Shown piece after piece: positions 28,210 to 37,489 of a DNA stretch of 64,000 bases. The number at the start of each line of letters is the position of its first letter. The first letter of the stretch is position 1. Where the stretch lies: the NCBI GenBank assembly GCA_963812015.1, contig CAWETI010000002.1:512001-576000 (forward strand), written 5' to 3'. Made by a program: the position numbers and the translations under genes. The DNA is from an uncultured delta proteobacterium (GTDB lineage: Bacteria > Desulfobacterota > Desulfobaccia > Desulfobaccales > 0-14-0-80-60-11). Under the pieces are notes generated by a model. That model worked only from the letters and a program-made list of their open reading frames with translations. It did not search any database and was not told where the DNA came from.

Positions 28210-29963
28210 AAAGTCTTTTCACCTTCTTCTTCCCCACAGACTCCGCACTTCCTGCACACCCGGGGCCGGCAGGGCGGGGTATCCTTGCCCTCCAGGGCCC
28301 GCTGGTATTCCTCCCAGAGGTAATCTTTCTTGAGGCCGTGATCGATGAAGTCCCAAGGGAAGAGTTCGTCCGGGCGCCGCTCCCGCAGGGTGAAAAAGTC
28401 CGGGTTGATGGGGCTCTCCCTGAAAGCCCGGCTCCAGCCGCGCTCATGCGCGGCCAGAAGGATATCGGCCACCCGGCGGTCCCCCCGGGCCAGCAAGGCC
28501 TGGACGTAGGCCCACTTGGGCAGATCGGTGTGGACCCGCACCGCCTTGACCCCGTGGAACTCCCGGGCCACCAGTTTCAGGCGCTTTTTTAACTCAGCCA
28601 CTTCCGTAAACGGCACCCACTGAAAGGGGGTGAAGGGCTTGGGCACGAAGGACGAGATACTCAGGGTGATGAGGCCTAGGCGCTTTTTGCCCTGGCTGGC
28701 CTTGATGACCGTATGTTCCAGGTATTTCACCAGGCGGGGGATTTCGGCCACGTCGTCCACGGTCTCGGTGGGCAGGCCCACCATGAAGTAGAGGCGGAGC
28801 TGGGGGATGCCGGCGCGGCTTACGTCCAGCGCGGCCCGGGCCAGGTCGTCCCGGGTGAGGCCCTTGTTCAGGACGCGGCGCAGGCGGTCGCTGCCGGCCT
28901 CCGGGGCCAGGGCGACGCTGCGCACGCCTCCCTGGGCCAGGAGTTGGAAGAGTTCGGCGTCGGCGGAATCGGCCCTCAGGGAGCTGATGCCCATAGTCCC
29001 GCCGGCGGCCAGGATTTTCCGGCAGAGGTCCTTGACCCCGGGATGGTCGCTCACCGCGGCGCCCACCAGGCCGATCTTGCGCCGGTCCATGACGGCCTGG
29101 GCTATCTGCGCCCACAACTCTTCCACAGGGCGCTCCCGGGGCGGGCGGTAAACAAACCCGGCGGCGCAGAAGCGGCAGCCCCGGGAGCAACCCCGGCCGG
29201 TCTCCACCAGGAACATCTCGCCCCACTCGCTCTGGGGGGCCAGGAGATGGCTGTGGGTAGGGTAGAGGGCCAACTCCGGCAGGTGGGGGGAGGTAACCCG
29301 GTGGGGGTAGCCGGGAGCTGCCTCAAAGGCTTCCAGGGCGCCGTCGGGGTGGTAGCGGGGAGTGTACCCCCCGGGGACGTAAGCGCCGGGGACGGTGCGG
29401 GCCAGGTCCTGGAGCAGGGCGGCCCGGTCCGGGGCCGGGGAGCCGGCGGCCAGGAACTCGAAGAAGGGGATTGCGCCGGCCTCGCCCTCCCCCAGGAAGA
29501 AGGAGTCCACGAAAGGAGCCAGGGGTTCAGGGTTGAGGAAGGTGGCCACCCCGCCGGCCAGGACCAGGGGGGCTTCGGGGCCCCGGTGGGCGGCGAGCAA
29601 GGGGAGGCCGGCCCCGGCCAGGAGGTCCAAGACGTAAGGATAGTCGGCCTCAAAGGAGATGGAGAAGGCCACCGCGGCAAAATCCGTCAGGGGCCGCTGG
29701 GACTCCAGGGTGAGGATGGGGGCGCCGGTGCGGCGGTGCTCGTCCCACTCCTCCGGGGAGGGCAAAAAGGCCCGTTCGCAGGCGAACCCGGGGTGGGCGT
29801 TGAGCAGATGATAGATGGCTTGGAAGCCCAGGTTGCCCATGGCCACGGGGTAGACCTGGGGGTAGACCAGGGCGACGGGAAAGCGGGCGCCCCACTCCCG
29901 CACTACCGCGCCCTGTTCTTGGGCCAGGAGTTGTTGCAAGCGAGCTTTGATTTTGGCGGACAT
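28206..29963 (-). CDS. B12-binding-domain-like radical SAM protein
   Basis: YPxxYxxAMGNLG, RGCSRGCRFC, APEAGS, YFMVGLPTET, FVPKPFTPFQW, C-terminal CxxxxCxxCGVC. Confidence 0.9.
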   Translation of the reverse strand: MSAKIKARLQQLLAQEQGAVVREWGARFPVALVYPQVYPVAMGNLGFQAIYHLLNAHPGFACERAFLPSPEEWDEHRRTGAPILTLESQRPLTDFAAVAFSISFEADYPYVLDLLAGAGLPLLAAHRGPEAPLVLAGGVATFLNPEPLAPFVDSFFLGEGEAGAIPFFEFLAAGSPAPDRAALLQDLARTVPGAYVPGGYTPRYHPDGALEAFEAAPGYPHRVTSPHLPELALYPTHSHLLAPQSEWGEMFLVETGRGCSRGCRFCAAGFVYRPPRERPVEELWAQIAQAVMDRRKIGLVGAAVSDHPGVKDLCRKILAAGGTMGISSLRADSADAELFQLLAQGGVRSVALAPEAGSDRLRRVLNKGLTRDDLARAALDVSRAGIPQLRLYFMVGLPTETVDDVAEIPRLVKYLEHTVIKASQGKKRLGLITLSISSFVPKPFTPFQWVPFTEVAELKKRLKLVAREFHGVKAVRVHTDLPKWAYVQALLARGDRRVADILLAAHERGWSRAFRESPINPDFFTLRERRPDELFPWDFIDHGLKKDYLWEEYQRALEGKDTPPCRPRVCRKCGVCGEEEGEKTF

Positions 29964-29991
29964 GGGAGTCGGGTTAGAGAGGTGAGGATAT

Positions 29992-30062
29992 GGCGGGCAG
30001 TGCCCGCCCTACATGACCTTTCAGATGAAAAAGGCGGGATGCGCTTCGCTTTCCCGCCCTAC
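29992..30062 (-). repeat. Two tandem GTAG REPs
   Basis: GGCGGGCAGTGCCCGCCCTAC (29992-30012, exact reverse complement of 35657-35677) and GGCGGGATGCGCTTCGCTTTCCCGCCCTAC (30033-30062). Confidence 0.85.
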
Positions 30063-30199
30063 GGGCTCATTCTGAAGTTTATAATGTTGCCATTCTAATT
30101 CCCATTTTTTTATAAGATTATCATCTATCATTGAGTTATTCCATATCAATTAAGATTCATAAGGACATTTTAATATCTTTAGCGCCCAAATTATTGATC

Positions 30200-30370
30200 T
30201 CATAATTTGAACAAAACAAATAAATAAGGAAACCAAATTTTAATGAACCATGGCATATTGTCCATTACATCTCTGGCCCAATGAATTTTTGAAAAAACTA
30301 TTCCAATGATAATACATCCCCAAAAAATAAGTAACTCTCGGGCAACTATTCTTTTGTGTAAACGAACCAT
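30200..30370 (-). CDS. AT-rich small hydrophobic ORF, possibly frameshifted
   Basis: MVRLHKRIVARELLIFWGCIIIGIVFSKIHWARDVMDNMPWFIKIWFPYLFVLFKL; another frame continues VQIMRSIIWALKILKMSL. Confidence 0.4.
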   Translation of the reverse strand: MVRLHKRIVARELLIFWGCIIIGIVFSKIHWARDVMDNMPWFIKIWFPYLFVLFKL

Positions 30371-30403
30371 TATATATTCTTAAATCTAAGCAATTATTTT
30401 CTG

Positions 30404-30481
30404 GTTCCCAAGCTCCAGCTTGGGAACGAGGGTTATAAGCCCCCCTGAAAAAAGGCGGGGCGTGATAATTCACGCCCCTAC
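30404..30481. repeat. Palindrome GTTCCCAAGCTCCAGCTTGGGAAC plus GTAG REP GGGGCGTGATAATTCACGCCCCTAC
   Basis: Inverted repeats read directly; followed by heptamer repeats cctaaaa/cccagaa (30481-30511). Confidence 0.75.
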
Positions 30482-30515
30482 CTAAAACCCAGAACCTAAA
30501 ACCCAGAACCCGTCT

Positions 30516-31715
30516 TCAATCCGCCTTCCTGAGGAAGGGCGGGGTGTCCAGTTCGTTTTCCTCGTATTGCAGGTCGGGGTGGACGATGAATTTCTTGGCG
30601 GCCACCACCCCCAGGGGTTTTTTGACGCCATTTTTGGCGGCTTCGGCCCCTCGGGCGACGGGCGGTTCCGGCGCTCGCGCAAAGGTGGGGATTTCCAGGT
30701 CCTCCGGCTGGGTGCCCGTAGCTGCGGCCTGGGACCAGGCGGCCCGTTCGGCTTCGCCCCGCTTGCCGATGCCGGTGGCGATGACCGTGACCCGGATCTC
30801 TTCCACCAGGCTCTCGTCCCAGACCAGGCCCCATTTGATGATGGCCTCTTCGTGGGCTTCTTCCTGGACGATGCCGCAGATCTCCTTCAGTTCTTCCATG
30901 GAGATGTCAGGGGCGGAGGTGATGTTGATGAGGATGCCCCGGGCGCCGCGAATGGAAATATCTTCCAGGAGGGGACTGGAGATGGCCTTGTGAGCGGCGT
31001 CGGCGGCCCGGTTGCCGCCGTTGGCGATGCCGGTGCCCATGAGGGCCATGCCCCGCTCTTTCATCACCGTGCGCACGTCGGCAAAATCCACGTTGATAAA
31101 TCCGGGCACCATGATGAGGTCGGAAATCCCCCGCACGGCAAAGCCCAGGACTTCATTGGCCATGCCAAAGACATCCTTGATCCGGGAGTTCTTGGAACTC
31201 AGGGAGAAGAGACGGTCGTTGGGGATGGTGATGATGGTATCCACCACCTTGCGCAGCTCCTCGATGCCGTTGTCGGCGAGGCGACGCTTCATCTTGCCTT
31301 CGAATTCGAAGGGTTTGCTCACCACGGCCACGGTGAGGGCCCCCAGGTCCCGGCTGAGTTCGGCCACCACCGGGGCCCCGCCGGTACCGGTGCCGCCGCC
31401 CATGCCCGCGGCAATGAAGACCATGTCGGCCCCCTGGAGGACCTGCTTGAGGTGCTCGGCTTCTTCCAGGGCGGCGTTCCGACCCACCTCGGGATCGCCG
31501 CCGGCCCCCAACCCCCGGGTCACATTGGGACCCAACTGGATCTTGACCGGGGCCATACTCCGCTCCAGGGCCTGGGCGTCGGTGTTGGCGGCGATGAAAT
31601 CCACTCCCACCATCTGGGAGGAGATCATATCATTAATGGCATTGCCGCCGGCCCCTCCTATTCCTAACACCTTGATCTTAGCCGACAATTCGTTGGGGAC
31701 TAATTGTATCTTCAT
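30516..31715 (-). CDS. ftsZ: Cell division protein FtsZ
   Basis: GGGTGTG tubulin signature, NVDFAD, C-terminal LDTPPFLR. Confidence 0.98.
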   Translation of the reverse strand: MKIQLVPNELSAKIKVLGIGGAGGNAINDMISSQMVGVDFIAANTDAQALERSMAPVKIQLGPNVTRGLGAGGDPEVGRNAALEEAEHLKQVLQGADMVFIAAGMGGGTGTGGAPVVAELSRDLGALTVAVVSKPFEFEGKMKRRLADNGIEELRKVVDTIITIPNDRLFSLSSKNSRIKDVFGMANEVLGFAVRGISDLIMVPGFINVDFADVRTVMKERGMALMGTGIANGGNRAADAAHKAISSPLLEDISIRGARGILINITSAPDISMEELKEICGIVQEEAHEEAIIKWGLVWDESLVEEIRVTVIATGIGKRGEAERAAWSQAAATGTQPEDLEIPTFARAPEPPVARGAEAAKNGVKKPLGVVAAKKFIVHPDLQYEENELDTPPFLRKAD

Positions 31716-31755
31716 AAGGGACCCCCTTGGGACCATCATAGCACGTTTCAATCAT

Positions 31756-33006
31756 TCATACCACTTCGCGAAACCATTTTTTGAGCTTGGACAAGAAGCC
31801 GCCGGAGGAGCGTGACGAGGGCCAGCGGCCGCCGCCGGACCAGCGGTCGGGGGCGCGCTGGGCCTTTTGCTGGGCCCGGTAACCGTACAGCGCCAATCCC
31901 ACCCCGGTGGCGTAGGACGGGTCGTGGATCACATCGATGAGGCCGCTGACCCCCATGGGATAGCCGATGCGGGTGTGCATGTTAAAGGTTTCGCCGGCCA
32001 ACTCCGCCAGACCGTCCACCAGGGCCGTGCCGCCCACCAGCACCGCGCCGGAGTGGAGGGGATGGGTGAACCGGGCCCGCTGCACCTCTTTGCCCAGCAG
32101 GTTCAAAATTTCCGCCACCCGCATGTGGATGATCTCCGCCAGGCGGCTGCGGGGCATGCTCTGGGTCTCCCGGCCGGTGAGGCCCGCCACTTCGATGAGT
32201 TCATCCGGGTCCGAGAGGGCGTTGAGACAAGCGCCGTATTGTTTCTTCAGTTCTTCGGCATGGTTCAGTGAAGTGGGCAGTCCCACGGCAATGTCGTTGG
32301 TCAGGTTGTTGCCCCCCACCGGCAGGACGAAGTTGTGCCGGAGGGCGTTTTCGGCAAAGATGGCCAGGTTCGTGACGCCGCCGCCGAAGTCGACCAGGGC
32401 CACGCCCATTTCCTTCTCTTCGTCGGTGAGGACCGCCTCCCCGGCGGCCAGGCTTTGGAGGGCGATGCCGTTCACTTCCAGGCCGGCCCGATTGGCGCAC
32501 TTGAGAATATTATTGAGGGAGGTCACGGCCCCGGTGACGATGTGGACCTTGCACTCCAGGCGCACCCCGTTGATGCCCACCGGGTCCTTGATGCCGTCTT
32601 GCCCGTCGATCAAAAAGTCCTGGACCAGGGTATGGATTACCTCCCGGTCGGAGGGGATGGCCACGGTGCGGGCGGTCTCGATGACCCGCTCCATGTCGGC
32701 CGGGGTCACCTCCCGGTCCTTGATGGCGATGATGCCCTGGCTGTTGATGACCTTGGTCTGGCCGCCGCCGACCCCGGCGTAAACCGAACGGATTTCACAG
32801 CCGGCCATGGTTTCGGCTTCCTCCACGGCGCGGCGGATAGCCCTCACGGTGTTTTCAATATTTACCACCACCCCTTTGCGCAATCCACCGGCGGTGGGCG
32901 ACGAACCCAGTCCCACGATATCCAACTGCTGGTCCCGCACTTCGCCCACCACGGCGCAAATCTTGGTGGTGCCGATGTCCAAACCGACGATGAGGTCTTG
33001 AGGCAC
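31756..33006 (-). CDS. ftsA: Cell division protein FtsA
   Basis: GLDIGTTKI, DFGGG, C-terminal amphipathic helix LSKLKKWF. Confidence 0.97.
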   Translation of the reverse strand: MPQDLIVGLDIGTTKICAVVGEVRDQQLDIVGLGSSPTAGGLRKGVVVNIENTVRAIRRAVEEAETMAGCEIRSVYAGVGGGQTKVINSQGIIAIKDREVTPADMERVIETARTVAIPSDREVIHTLVQDFLIDGQDGIKDPVGINGVRLECKVHIVTGAVTSLNNILKCANRAGLEVNGIALQSLAAGEAVLTDEEKEMGVALVDFGGGVTNLAIFAENALRHNFVLPVGGNNLTNDIAVGLPTSLNHAEELKKQYGACLNALSDPDELIEVAGLTGRETQSMPRSRLAEIIHMRVAEILNLLGKEVQRARFTHPLHSGAVLVGGTALVDGLAELAGETFNMHTRIGYPMGVSGLIDVIHDPSYATGVGLALYGYRAQQKAQRAPDRWSGGGRWPSSRSSGGFLSKLKKWFREVV

Positions 33007-33015
33007 AGTTCTATC

Positions 33016-33921
33016 CTATGGGTTAGCTTCCATCCCCTTCAGGGTAACCAGCGCCCGACGGGGATAGTTGAGGTTGATACGCCCAGTCTTGGCCACTAAT
33101 CCCTTTTGCACTAATACGGGCCATAATTGCGCGAATTTCTGCAATTTTTCCGAATAGTCTTTGAAGCCGACGTCCAGGGCGACCCCCACGCCGTTGGCAT
33201 AGAGGGTGAAGCCCTGTTCCAGGTCCGCGTGAATCTCGGAGATATTCTCCAGATTAAGAGGCGGCGGCATTTTCTTCAGCACTTCCATCAAGTTGAAGGC
33301 CTGGGCCACCACCTCGGGCAAATCACCGGCCCCATGCCGGAACTGCTCCGGCGTCAAGCCCGTGATAACGGGAAAATTATGAGGATCACCGGGAGACAGG
33401 GGTTTAAAGATCATCCCCTGGCGATCCATATAGAGCAACTCTTCGCCGATCTGGGCCAGGGCCACCGGGTCCCGCTCCTGAATCTTCAGGTGGAGGCTGT
33501 GAGGCCACTTCCTGGACACTTCGGCCTTGGCGATCCAGGGATGGGTCATCAGGGCCCGCTCCACCTGGCCGGGCCGGATGGCCAGAAGGTTGACGCCGGG
33601 TCCCAGCCTGGCCTGTTGGAGCAGGACGCTGGGGGACAGACGCTTGGTCCCCTCAATCTCGATATTGTTGATATCTTTAATGCAAAACGCGGAACAGGTC
33701 AAGAGTTGATGGTAGAGCACCACCAAACCCAGACAGAGACCCGCCAGGGTCAACAACCCGAAGACCCAGGCCACGCCCCGGAGCCAGCTTTTCCGGGACT
33801 CTCCCTTGAAACGATTGCGGCGATAACTGTTCTGGGAGCGCCCTCGGGGGAGGAGCCGGGTCTTGCGCACCGGGCGCTGGGGTACGAGACGGGAGGGCCG
33901 TTGCTCGGTGCTTTTCTTCAT
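33016..33921 (-). CDS. ftsQ: Cell division protein FtsQ/DivIB
   Basis: Basic N-tail, one TM helix, POTRA domain (PWI...RKWP...IQER); position in the dcw cluster. Confidence 0.9.
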   Translation of the reverse strand: MKKSTEQRPSRLVPQRPVRKTRLLPRGRSQNSYRRNRFKGESRKSWLRGVAWVFGLLTLAGLCLGLVVLYHQLLTCSAFCIKDINNIEIEGTKRLSPSVLLQQARLGPGVNLLAIRPGQVERALMTHPWIAKAEVSRKWPHSLHLKIQERDPVALAQIGEELLYMDRQGMIFKPLSPGDPHNFPVITGLTPEQFRHGAGDLPEVVAQAFNLMEVLKKMPPPLNLENISEIHADLEQGFTLYANGVGVALDVGFKDYSEKLQKFAQLWPVLVQKGLVAKTGRINLNYPRRALVTLKGMEANP

Positions 33922-35321
33922 GGGCGCCCCGTGTCTAGCCCCGCCGCCTGGCTTTGCAGGCGGGCCAGCAGCTCTTCGCCGGTCTTCCAGATATCCCCGG
34001 CCCCCAGGGTGAGAACCATGTCACCGGCATTGAGGTGATTAAAAATATAATCGGCCTTTGAGCCGTTTTCTTCAATAAAATGAACTCCGGGGTGGCCGGT
34101 GCGACGGACGCCCTCATAGACGGACCGGCCGGAGAGACCATTGGGGCGGCTTTCGCCGGCGCCGTAGATCTCGGTGATGAAGACCACCCCGGCCTCAGCG
34201 AAGACGGGAAAAAATTCCGGCAGCAGGGCCCGGGTGCGGCTGTAGCGGTGGGGCTGGAAGGCCACCACCAGGCGGCGGTGGGGAAAGGCCTGGGCCAGGC
34301 CGGTTAAGGTGGAGCGGATTTCGGTGGGGTGATGGCCGTAATCATCCACCACCAGGATGCCCCGGGCTTCCCCCTTGACCTGGCAGCGGCGGTGGATCTG
34401 GCCCAGGTCCCGGAGGCCCTGCTGCCAGGCCGGGAACTCCAGGCCCAACAGATGGCCCACGGCGCAGGCGGCCATGGCGTTGAGGACGTAATGGGACCCG
34501 GCCAGGGGCACGGTGACGGTCCCCAGGGCCTGCCCCCGGCGCCAGAGGCGGAAGCGGTAGCCCAAACCCTGGGGGGAAAGATCGGTGGCGTAGAAATCGG
34601 CCGTACCCGGCTTCAGGCTGTAAGTAAGCATCTCGTGGGGGCAGCCTTTGAGGACCGGGGCCAGGTGGGGGTCGTCGGCCCAGGCCACCAGCCGGGCGCC
34701 CGGGGGCAGGCCCGCCAGATACCCGGCAAAGGTCTCCTGGATGTGGGCCAGGTCCCGGTAGTGGTCCAGGTGTTCTTTATCCAGGTTGGTGATGATGCTG
34801 ATCTGGGGGGCCAGATACGTAAAGGAGCCGTCGGACTCGTCGGCTTCGGCCACGAAGTAGTCGCCCCGGCCCAGGATGGCGTTGGACCCCAGGCAGTCCC
34901 ACAGGGCCCCCACCACCACGGTGGGGTCGAGGTAGCCGGCCCGGAGCACCGCCGCGGTCATGGCGGTGGTGGAGGTCTTGCCGTGGGCCCCCGTGACCGC
35001 CACCTGAAAATGGTTTTGCATCAGGGCGGCTAACATTTCGCCCCGCCGGAGCACCTTTAAGCCTCGGGCCCGGGCCGCGGCGAGTTCCGGGTTGTCCTCT
35101 TTCACCGCGGTAGAGTGGACCACCACGTCGGCGTCGCCCAGGTTTTCGGCCTGGTGGCCTAAATGGACGCGCACCCCCAGGGTTTGAAGGCGCTGGGTGA
35201 TGGCGCCCTCGGCCAGATCCGAGCCGCTCACCCGGTAGCCCTGGCGCACCAACAGCTCCGCCAGGCCGCTCATGCCGATGCCGCCGACGCCGATGAAGTG
35301 GTAGGTGGTGATATTAGTCAT
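33918..35321 (-). CDS. murC: UDP-N-acetylmuramate--L-alanine ligase
   Basis: HFIGVGGIGMSG, GAHGKTST, EADESD, DDYGHHPTE, FQPHRYSRT. Confidence 0.97.
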   Translation of the reverse strand: MTNITTYHFIGVGGIGMSGLAELLVRQGYRVSGSDLAEGAITQRLQTLGVRVHLGHQAENLGDADVVVHSTAVKEDNPELAAARARGLKVLRRGEMLAALMQNHFQVAVTGAHGKTSTTAMTAAVLRAGYLDPTVVVGALWDCLGSNAILGRGDYFVAEADESDGSFTYLAPQISIITNLDKEHLDHYRDLAHIQETFAGYLAGLPPGARLVAWADDPHLAPVLKGCPHEMLTYSLKPGTADFYATDLSPQGLGYRFRLWRRGQALGTVTVPLAGSHYVLNAMAACAVGHLLGLEFPAWQQGLRDLGQIHRRCQVKGEARGILVVDDYGHHPTEIRSTLTGLAQAFPHRRLVVAFQPHRYSRTRALLPEFFPVFAEAGVVFITEIYGAGESRPNGLSGRSVYEGVRRTGHPGVHFIEENGSKADYIFNHLNAGDMVLTLGAGDIWKTGEELLARLQSQAAGLDTGRP

Positions 35322-35370
35322 ATTAAGGAATTATGGTGGGCAGTGCCCACCCTACATATTTTTATATTTC

Positions 35371-35607
35371 TCAAACAACATTACTTTCAGGTAAGCCGCG
35401 GTCATTGTCATCATTATCCCAACCGCACTTGGTGCAATTAAACAAGTTGTTTAATGAAGCTCCTCCACAACGGGGGCATCGACCCTTCTTGATGCAATCA
35501 TCACAATCAGAAATATATGGAGGACGATCCTGCTTTTTGAATCTCCCCCACCCTTCACAGGATTTACAATAGTTTGGGTATGTTTTTTCGTATTCGGCGC
35601 GATCCAT
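35371..35607 (-). CDS. 78-aa Cys-rich zinc-finger-like hypothetical protein
   Basis: RBS GAGGA; four CxxC pairs (CKSC, CDDC, CPRC, CTKC). Confidence 0.7.
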   Translation of the reverse strand: MDRAEYEKTYPNYCKSCEGWGRFKKQDRPPYISDCDDCIKKGRCPRCGGASLNNLFNCTKCGWDNDDNDRGLPESNVV

Positions 35608-35683
35608 GATCTTATCCTCTGCCTCATATTCTGACTTTATATAATCAATGTAACATGTAGGGCGGGCACTGCCCGCCATTTTT

Positions 35684-36187
35684 TTATTCACCAAAAATAT
35701 CATTCGAATCAAAACAAACTCCTTCACCCCAATTTGCCGGATATAACCCTTCCTCTAAGTAACGATGAAAGGTGGAAGAAGGCCAATCTTTGGGACTCTC
35801 GACCAACCCATGTTTCACCGGATTATAATGGATATAATCAAGGTGTGTTTGCAAATCCCGGTCGTCACGGATAAGATGCTCCCAAAAACGGTTTTGCCAG
35901 ACCGGCGTGGTTGGACGGCTCAATGCCTTGGTAAATTTTGCCTTGATTAGCCCCCAGCGTTTGGAAAAGTCGGCGTCTCCTTCAGGAAGCGTCCATATAC
36001 AGTGGAGATGTTCCGGTAATAATACCCAGGCGTCGATGTTAAACGGATAGGTTGATTGCACCTCCATAATGGCCTTTTTTAAAATCAATCGATTATTAAT
36101 CTCGTAGAAAAGTTTCCTGCGCCGATGCGTCACCACCGTAAAGAAGAAGGTCCCTCCTGGTTGTTGTGCTCTTTTATAACGAGGCAT
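35684..36187 (-). CDS. rayT: REP-associated tyrosine transposase (HuH/Y1)
   Basis: GGTFFFTVVT, LPEHLHCIWTLP, WQNRFWEHLIRD, YIHYNPVKHG; flanked by inverted REPs. Confidence 0.93.
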   Translation of the reverse strand: MPRYKRAQQPGGTFFFTVVTHRRRKLFYEINNRLILKKAIMEVQSTYPFNIDAWVLLPEHLHCIWTLPEGDADFSKRWGLIKAKFTKALSRPTTPVWQNRFWEHLIRDDRDLQTHLDYIHYNPVKHGLVESPKDWPSSTFHRYLEEGLYPANWGEGVCFDSNDIFGE

Positions 36188-36247
36188 GTTCGCATATCAA
36201 GGTAAATGCCGGCGGGCAATGCCCGCCCTACATTAATGATCCCAAAA

Positions 36248-37339
36248 TTAGTCGGATCGGATCAACTCCAAACACCCCTCTACAATCTCTTTCGCCGCAT
36301 CGGGCCGGGCCAGTTTGCGGCTGGATGCTTCCATATTAGCCAGGGGTTCGGGATCGGTGAGAAACTGGTTTATCTTACCAGCGAAAGCTTCTCCGGTAAA
36401 ATCTTTATTTAAGATTATCTCGGCGGCCCCAGCCGCGGCCAGGAACCGGGCGTTGAACTCCTGGTGGTTGTTAGCCGCGAAGGGGTAGGGCACCAGGATG
36501 GCGGCCCGGCCCACCGCGGTGAGTTCCGCCAGAGTGGAGGCCCCGGCCCGGCAGACCAGGAGGTGGGCCCGGCGCATCCAGGCGGCCACCTCCGGGGTGA
36601 ATGCCGCCACTTCCGCCGAGAAACCGTGCGCCCGGTAGCCCCCGGCCACCGTCTCCCGGTCGGCTTCGCCGGTGAGGTGGAGAAAGGCCAGACGGTCTTT
36701 ACAACCCGCCAGCCCCGGCAGCCCCGCCAGCACCCCCATATTGAGGTGGTGGGCCCCCTGGCTGCCGCCGGTGATCATCACCGTGAAGGGCGAGTCGGCC
36801 CTGGGCTCCCCGGGCTCAAAAAACTCCGGCCGGATGGGATTGCCGGTCCAGAGGCAGCGCCCCGGAGGGAAAAAATCCTGGCTGGCGGGAAAGGATACGA
36901 AGATCTTCCGGGCCAGCCGGGACAAATAGCGGTTGGTGGCCCCGGGGATAGCGTTTTGTTCGTGGAGCGCCAGGGGAATACCCAGGAGCCAGGCCGCCAC
37001 CCCCGCGGGACCGGAGGAATGGCCGCCCATGCCCAGGACCAGGTGGGGATTGAGGGCTTGCAGCCGGGACCGGGCCGCCAGCACGGCTCCCGGCACCCCC
37101 AGGAGGGTGCGGATGCGGCTCAAGAGCCCCTCACCCTTGAGGGCCCGGGCGGAGACGGCCTCCCAGGCAAAGCCGTAGCGCTCCAGGATCTGGGTGGTGA
37201 CCGCCTTGGGGGTGGTGAGGAAGGTGACCGTCGCCCGGTGGCACTCCTGGAATTCCCGGGCCACGGCAATGCCGGGGAACAGGTGCCCGCCGGTGCCGCC
37301 CGCGGCGATTACCACCCTGAGCTCTCTGGGGCCCTCCAT
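36248..37339 (-). CDS. murG: Lipid II GlcNAc transferase MurG
   Basis: GGTGGH, HEQN, GNPIR, GGSQGA, RAGAST, HQEFNA. Confidence 0.97.
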   Translation of the reverse strand: MEGPRELRVVIAAGGTGGHLFPGIAVAREFQECHRATVTFLTTPKAVTTQILERYGFAWEAVSARALKGEGLLSRIRTLLGVPGAVLAARSRLQALNPHLVLGMGGHSSGPAGVAAWLLGIPLALHEQNAIPGATNRYLSRLARKIFVSFPASQDFFPPGRCLWTGNPIRPEFFEPGEPRADSPFTVMITGGSQGAHHLNMGVLAGLPGLAGCKDRLAFLHLTGEADRETVAGGYRAHGFSAEVAAFTPEVAAWMRRAHLLVCRAGASTLAELTAVGRAAILVPYPFAANNHQEFNARFLAAAGAAEIILNKDFTGEAFAGKINQFLTDPEPLANMEASSRKLARPDAAKEIVEGCLELIRSD

Positions 37340-37489
37340 TCTCCCCCCCCGATGGCCATCGGCCCCTCCCTGGGCCAATGCTATGAATGGCTTACCTCAA
37401 CCTAAATCCCCGGTTTTGCGGCCGCGGTGGCCGGAATCATCATGGGAAACTTATCCCGGCAGGGCGCCGGGCGTTCCGCCCTCGTCCGG

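Larger units (their letters stand above)
35335..36231. mobile_element. REP/RAYT element with cargo gene, inserted between murG and murC
   Basis: AT-rich segment with 21-bp GTAG REPs at 35335-35355 (-), 35657-35677 (+) and 36211-36231 (-) around the RAYT and a small Cys-rich gene. Confidence 0.85.

Noticed and set aside
29992..36231. REP copies as a CRISPR array
   Set aside because: The repeats are dispersed, in mixed orientation and without regular spacers, and there are no cas genes.
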